32,000 bases of DNA, from assembly GCF_000025945.1 (NCBI RefSeq), contig NC_006138.1, forward strand, positions 90,001 to 122,000, written 5' to 3'. The translations under genes and the position numbers were made by a program. Source of the DNA: Desulfotalea psychrophila LSv54 (lineage in GTDB: Bacteria; Desulfobacterota; Desulfobulbia; Desulfobulbales; Desulfocapsaceae). Of the stretch, positions 27,851-32,000 are shown piece after piece; the stretch's first letter is position 1; each line of letters begins with the position of its first letter. The notes beneath the pieces are model-generated. The model was given only the letters and a program-made list of their open reading frames with translations. It searched no databases and was not told the DNA's origin.

Positions 27851-28915
27851 ATGATTATGCAAATACCATTTCTATCCCGAAATAAGCTTGTTGTCGGCAT
27901 TGACATCGGCTCTCACTCGGTAAAAATTTGCCAACTCAAAAAAAATGGTAGCAGATATAGTCTGCTCTCCCTAGGCACGGCACTTCTTCCCGAAGGCGCT
28001 GTTGATGACGGTATCCTTAATGAACCATCTTTGGTCGGTGAAATAGTAAAAAACCTTCTACAAAATTTACGCATACGGAATAAAAAAATTGGTTTTTCTA
28101 TCTCTGGCTACTCTGTTATTGTAAAAAAAATTGTTCTCGATGCCATGGAAGATGCCCTGCTAGAAGAACACATCCTGGCTGAAGCTGAACAGTATATCCC
28201 CTTTGATCAGGATGATGTCTACCTCGACTTCCAAGATCTTAAGACCAACACAGATCCTCAGGACAGAACAGACATAATGCTAGTAGCGGCTAAAAAGGAG
28301 GTCGTCCAGGATTATCTGTTCATGTTTGAAGAACAGGGTCTTACTCCGGTTCTGGTTGATGTTGATGGCTTTGCCTTCGAGAATGCATTTGAGCACGCCC
28401 ACCCCAACGAAAAAGACGTTGCTCTCGTTAACATAGGTGCAACGACGATGAATATCAATCTTATCTCCAACGGTATTTCCGTTGTAGCAAGAGATATAGC
28501 GCTCGGTAGCCAACAGCTCACAGAGAAAATTCAGGATAACCTCGGCATCGAATTCAAAGAAGCCGAAGATATCAAGCTCGGAATAAGTCCTGCCGGGAAA
28601 AGCCAGGAACAGATAAGGGAGATATTCAACTCTACCTGTTCCTATTGGGTACTTGAGATTAAAAAATCTATTGATCTTTACCATGCCAACCATCAGGACA
28701 GACCACTGCAAAAAATTGTCCTTGCCGGCGGCGGAGCAAAGGTATCTGGTTTTGCCGATTTCCTCTCCCAGGAGACAGGAATTGACGTTAAAATTTTCTC
28801 ACCCTTTAAGGGTATTGATATTGATGAGAAAAATATCGATCCAGACTATCTCGCAAGTATTGGACCAGAAATGGCAATTGCCACCGGCATTGCTCTTCGA
28901 GAATCCGTTATTTAA
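27851..28915 (+). CDS. pilM: Type IV pilus assembly ATPase-like protein PilM
   Basis: 354 aa. 'VVGIDIGSHSVKICQLKK', 'VLVDVDGFAFENAF', 'ALVNIGATTMNINLISNG' and 'IVLAGGGAKVSGFADFLS'. Synteny with pilNOPQ. Confidence 0.95.
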   Translation: MIMQIPFLSRNKLVVGIDIGSHSVKICQLKKNGSRYSLLSLGTALLPEGAVDDGILNEPSLVGEIVKNLLQNLRIRNKKIGFSISGYSVIVKKIVLDAMEDALLEEHILAEAEQYIPFDQDDVYLDFQDLKTNTDPQDRTDIMLVAAKKEVVQDYLFMFEEQGLTPVLVDVDGFAFENAFEHAHPNEKDVALVNIGATTMNINLISNGISVVARDIALGSQQLTEKIQDNLGIEFKEAEDIKLGISPAGKSQEQIREIFNSTCSYWVLEIKKSIDLYHANHQDRPLQKIVLAGGGAKVSGFADFLSQETGIDVKIFSPFKGIDIDEKNIDPDYLASIGPEMAIATGIALRESVI

Positions 28916-28942
28916 TCACTATGGAATACACTCGGTAGACTT

Positions 28943-29518
28943 ATGCTCAAAATAAACCTTCTGCCAATCAGGCAGCTTAAAAAACGTGCTGAGGCAAAAA
29001 AACAGCTCCTTATGATCTTCATAAGTCTCTGTTTTATCATCTTTGCCTGCACCCTCGTTGGCATTCACCAATCGGGCACAATCGTTGATCTGGAAGATTC
29101 TATCAGTCGCCTACACAAGGAAAAGAACTCCTATAACCCCATATTGAAAAAGATAGAAAATCTCAAAAAACACAAGGCAGAGCTAGAGCGTAAAACAGCA
29201 GTTATCAAAACGCTCCAGCTAGACTCTTCGCTCTCCATGCATGTTTTAGATGAAGTTTCAAACTCTGTGGATAACAAGAGAATGTGGATCAACTCTCTCG
29301 ACCAAAATGGTGGCTCACTACGAATTTCAGGAATTGCCCTCGACAACAGGACCATTTCTGACTTCATGAATACCCTAAAGAGCTCCCCCTTTATCAGAGA
29401 AGTCAACTTAACAGGCACCTCCATGCAACAGGTTTCCGGCAGAAACCTTAAGAAGTTCTCTCTTACATGCGCTGTTTCTGTTCCTCAGCAGAAAGTAGCA
29501 CAGGTAAAAAAGTCATAA
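28943..29518 (+). CDS. pilN: Type IV pilus protein PilN
   Basis: Begins MLKINLLPIRQLKKRAEAKKQLL, followed by a TM and a coiled-coil, located between pilM and pilO. Confidence 0.9.
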   Translation: MLKINLLPIRQLKKRAEAKKQLLMIFISLCFIIFACTLVGIHQSGTIVDLEDSISRLHKEKNSYNPILKKIENLKKHKAELERKTAVIKTLQLDSSLSMHVLDEVSNSVDNKRMWINSLDQNGGSLRISGIALDNRTISDFMNTLKSSPFIREVNLTGTSMQQVSGRNLKKFSLTCAVSVPQQKVAQVKKS

Positions 29519-29521
29519 AGG

Positions 29522-30154
29522 TTGCCCAGAGATACTATGAATATTAACTCAACATCACTCACATCTTTTCTCGACAAAAAATATATCCCTCTGCAGCCCA
29601 GGGTGAAAATAGCTATAGCTGTGGCCATCCTTACCATCCCCCTATTGGCCTTTATCTTCCTCTACTCCCTGCCCAACAATGAGAAAATCACTCGTCTGCA
29701 ACAACAAGAAAAAAATACTCAGCAGACAGTGACGGTGGCAAAGAATAAGGCTGCCAACCTGGCAAAATTTCAAAAAGAGGTCGAGGCAACTACCCTGGAC
29801 TTTGAGACACAAGCAGCCCTTCTGCCAAAAGAGAAGGAGATCCCAAAACTCCTCAAAGATATTTCAGCTCTTGGTAGCAACACGGGCCTCGATTTTATCT
29901 CTTTTAAACCGCTGGCCAACAGGCCAAAAGACTTTTATGCTGAAATCCCCATATCCATTCAGGTACGTGGACCTTATCATAATGTTGGTTCTTTCTTTGA
30001 TCAGATAAACAAGTTAGAAAGAATTGTTTCTGTAAAAAGCGTAAAGATGACTTCCCCAAAAAAAGAAGATGGAGAAATGCTCTTAACCTCAAACTGCCAA
30101 CTGGTAACCTACCAATTCACCAATATTGAGTTACCTAAAAAGCAAAAAAAGTAA
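29522..30154 (+). CDS. pilO: Type IV pilus protein PilO
   Basis: 210 aa with one TM, a coiled coil, and 'FYAEIPISIQVRGPYHNVGSFFDQINKLERIVSVKSVKM' typical of PilO. Confidence 0.92.
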   Translation: MPRDTMNINSTSLTSFLDKKYIPLQPRVKIAIAVAILTIPLLAFIFLYSLPNNEKITRLQQQEKNTQQTVTVAKNKAANLAKFQKEVEATTLDFETQAALLPKEKEIPKLLKDISALGSNTGLDFISFKPLANRPKDFYAEIPISIQVRGPYHNVGSFFDQINKLERIVSVKSVKMTSPKKEDGEMLLTSNCQLVTYQFTNIELPKKQKK

Positions 30155-30164
30155 GCATAACACT

Positions 30165-30689
30165 ATGAGAATACTCTCTTATAAAAAAAAATCACCGAAG
30201 GCTAAAGGCATATACTATCTTCTACCCACCGGTATATTATTAGCACAGACATGCCTTGCCAGCATAGCTCCCTCTTCTCTCGAAACGGCAGCAGATTCTT
30301 TTTTAAAAGATCAGGCCAGCTTCGAATATCAAATGGAAAACAGGCAGGATCCCTTTCTTCCCTTTATCAAGGAACAACAGGCCAGTACCCAAGCTAACAT
30401 GGATGAAATTGTTGACTCGGAAGAGACCTTATTTGGAATGAGGCTGTTTGAGCCGGATCAACTCAAGCTGGTCGCCATCCTGGCAACACCTGAAAAAAAG
30501 GTAGCAATGGTTCAGGATCTTATAGGACAGGGATTTACCATAGAGACCGGCACTCTTATTGGCAAACGTGGCGTCGTCAAAGATATCACTGCTAAATCAA
30601 TAATTATTGAAGAAACAGCCACAAACAGAGCTGGAAAGAAAAAAATAACTCAAATTATTATGGCATTAAAGTCAGAAGGAGAAGAGTAA
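30165..30689 (+). CDS. pilP: Type IV pilus lipoprotein PilP
   Basis: 'GMRLFEPDQLKLVAILATPEKKVAMVQDLIGQGFTIETGTLIGKRGVVKDI' is a PilP hallmark. The start was moved to ATG 30165. Confidence 0.9.
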   Translation: MRILSYKKKSPKAKGIYYLLPTGILLAQTCLASIAPSSLETAADSFLKDQASFEYQMENRQDPFLPFIKEQQASTQANMDEIVDSEETLFGMRLFEPDQLKLVAILATPEKKVAMVQDLIGQGFTIETGTLIGKRGVVKDITAKSIIIEETATNRAGKKKITQIIMALKSEGEE

Positions 30690-30692
30690 GCA

Positions 30693-32000
30693 ATGTACAA
30701 AAAACATAACACACGACATATCTTTGTGTTCTTTTGCGTCCTGTTTGCCCTGACAGCAGCCAATTCCCTCTTTGCTGCCACTGCAACAGACTTCAGCATC
30801 GACCAGGCTGATGCCAGCATCGACCATGAAACACTATCGCTTCTCCTCATGGGCAAGAGCACCCCGGTCTACACAGTTACAGAGAGATTTTCTCCCTTTC
30901 GAGTTGTTATCGATATCGCCAATGCCACCTTCAGTGGAGATATTACTCCAGATAAAATTCTTCCAAAAAATAAATTTGTTACGCTCAAGGTGACTGACCA
31001 TAGGGCAGGTAACACAGCAGCAACCCGCTTGGAATTCACTCTAGATAACAGCCACAACTACCGGGTCATAAATCGTCCCAACGGTTTAAAAATTACCTTT
31101 GCCCCCATAAAAAACGAGCTGGCAAAAGAACTGACCAGAATAACTGCATTTCAAGTCATAACAGCAAGCAAAACGACAACTATCAAGATCGTCGCCAATA
31201 ACAAAATCACAGATTACCAGGTAGACACCCTGAAAAAGTCAGCAGGAAAACCACCAAGAATGTATATCGATATTAACGAGGTGGATATCAGCCAACTTAT
31301 ACGGACAAAAGAGATAGGCACCTCCGTTGCGACAGTTCAGGCCGTACCCAGAGGCAATGGGGTACGAATTATTTTTGATTCTTCCTCCGAAACACTTTTT
31401 CACTACAGCATCCAATCAAGCCTCGAAGGGCTCAATGTAATTATTAATGAAAACAGCCAACCCCACCAGCAGTCAACGGATAACACCCTTAAAAGTCTCA
31501 TAGATTCTTCAGAAAGACTTGCCAACAGTGCAGGCGTATCCCTACAAAATGGCAAAAGCCCAACAAAACCCAATAAGCTCCAATCTGTATTTGCAGGCTA
31601 CGACCGCGAACGTATCAGCGTTGATTTTTTTAAGATCGACCTGCACAATGTATTCAGACTCCTCAGAGAGGTTTCCGGGCAAAATATTATTGTTGATGAG
31701 AGTGTCACCGGCTCCCTCACCCTGGCGCTTAAAGATGTACCCTGGGACTTTGCCCTTGATATTATACTCAATCTCAAAGATCTTGAAAAAGAAGAACGAT
31801 TTAACACCATTGTGATCTATGCCAAAAATAAGGCCTTTGTCTGGCCAAATCAATCTGTTGGCAGCCTCACCATCGAAGAGTCGCCCGAGATCATTGCCCA
31901 CGAAGAGTTAATCATCGAGCAGGCTGCCCAACAGCCTAAAGAAATTCTTCAAGCCAAGGAATTTTTAGCCCAGGCGCGCAAGGCTGAGAAAAAGGAACAA
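30693..32000 (+). CDS. pilQ: Type IV pilus secretin PilQ, N-terminal part (AMIN and secretin N-terminal domains), runs off the window
   Basis: Continuous frame from ATG 30693 to the window end, not in the ORF track because it has no stop. Signal peptide, AMIN-like 'ERFSPFEVVIDIANATF', then 'ISVDFFKIDLHNVFRLLREVSGQNIIVDESVTGSLTLALKDVPWDFALDIIL'. Confidence 0.93.
   Translation, partial: MYKKHNTRHIFVFFCVLFALTAANSLFAATATDFSIDQADASIDHETLSLLLMGKSTPVYTVTERFSPFRVVIDIANATFSGDITPDKILPKNKFVTLKVTDHRAGNTAATRLEFTLDNSHNYRVINRPNGLKITFAPIKNELAKELTRITAFQVITASKTTTIKIVANNKITDYQVDTLKKSAGKPPRMYIDINEVDISQLIRTKEIGTSVATVQAVPRGNGVRIIFDSSSETLFHYSIQSSLEGLNVIINENSQPHQQSTDNTLKSLIDSSERLANSAGVSLQNGKSPTKPNKLQSVFAGYDRERISVDFFKIDLHNVFRLLREVSGQNIIVDESVTGSLTLALKDVPWDFALDIILNLKDLEKEERFNTIVIYAKNKAFVWPNQSVGSLTIEESPEIIAHEELIIEQAAQQPKEILQAKEFLAQARKAEKKEQ

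Overview
The window is mostly ordinary chromosomal housekeeping DNA with dense coding on both strands, and gene content consistent with a marine deltaproteobacterial or Desulfobulbaceae-like genome (this lineage call is inference). From left to right it holds: the tail of one ABC exporter half and a complete second half (ATGA overlap); a simple-repeat block; a small membrane protein; a nitroreductase; a split hypothetical gene; slyX; a class IV aminotransferase; a LysE/RhtB exporter; an AMP-binding synthetase; an amino-acid ABC transporter (permease, binding protein, permease, with no ATPase gene); an MFS transporter; a NikR-like regulator; a PHP/HisJ-type phosphatase broken by a +1 frameshift; an AsmA-like protein; DoxX; ZIP; an NhaC-like antiporter; and about 0.75 kb without a credible gene. 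These are followed by two near-identical tRNA-Leu(GAG) units, secG-tpiA-pgk-rimI, a divergent GAPDH, sfsA, lepB-pyrB-pyrC (minus strand) and pilMNOPQ (pilQ runs off the end). I found no convincing new defence, mobile or CRISPR system. The points most worth checking are two apparent +1 frameshifts, the duplicated tRNA-Leu/terminator cassette in which the downstream copy has its own consensus promoter, the divergent GAPDH active-site motifs, a tandem duplication of the nitroreductase start region that creates a 12-codon upstream ORF, and a compact three-type microsatellite block bracketed by a 34-bp repeat.
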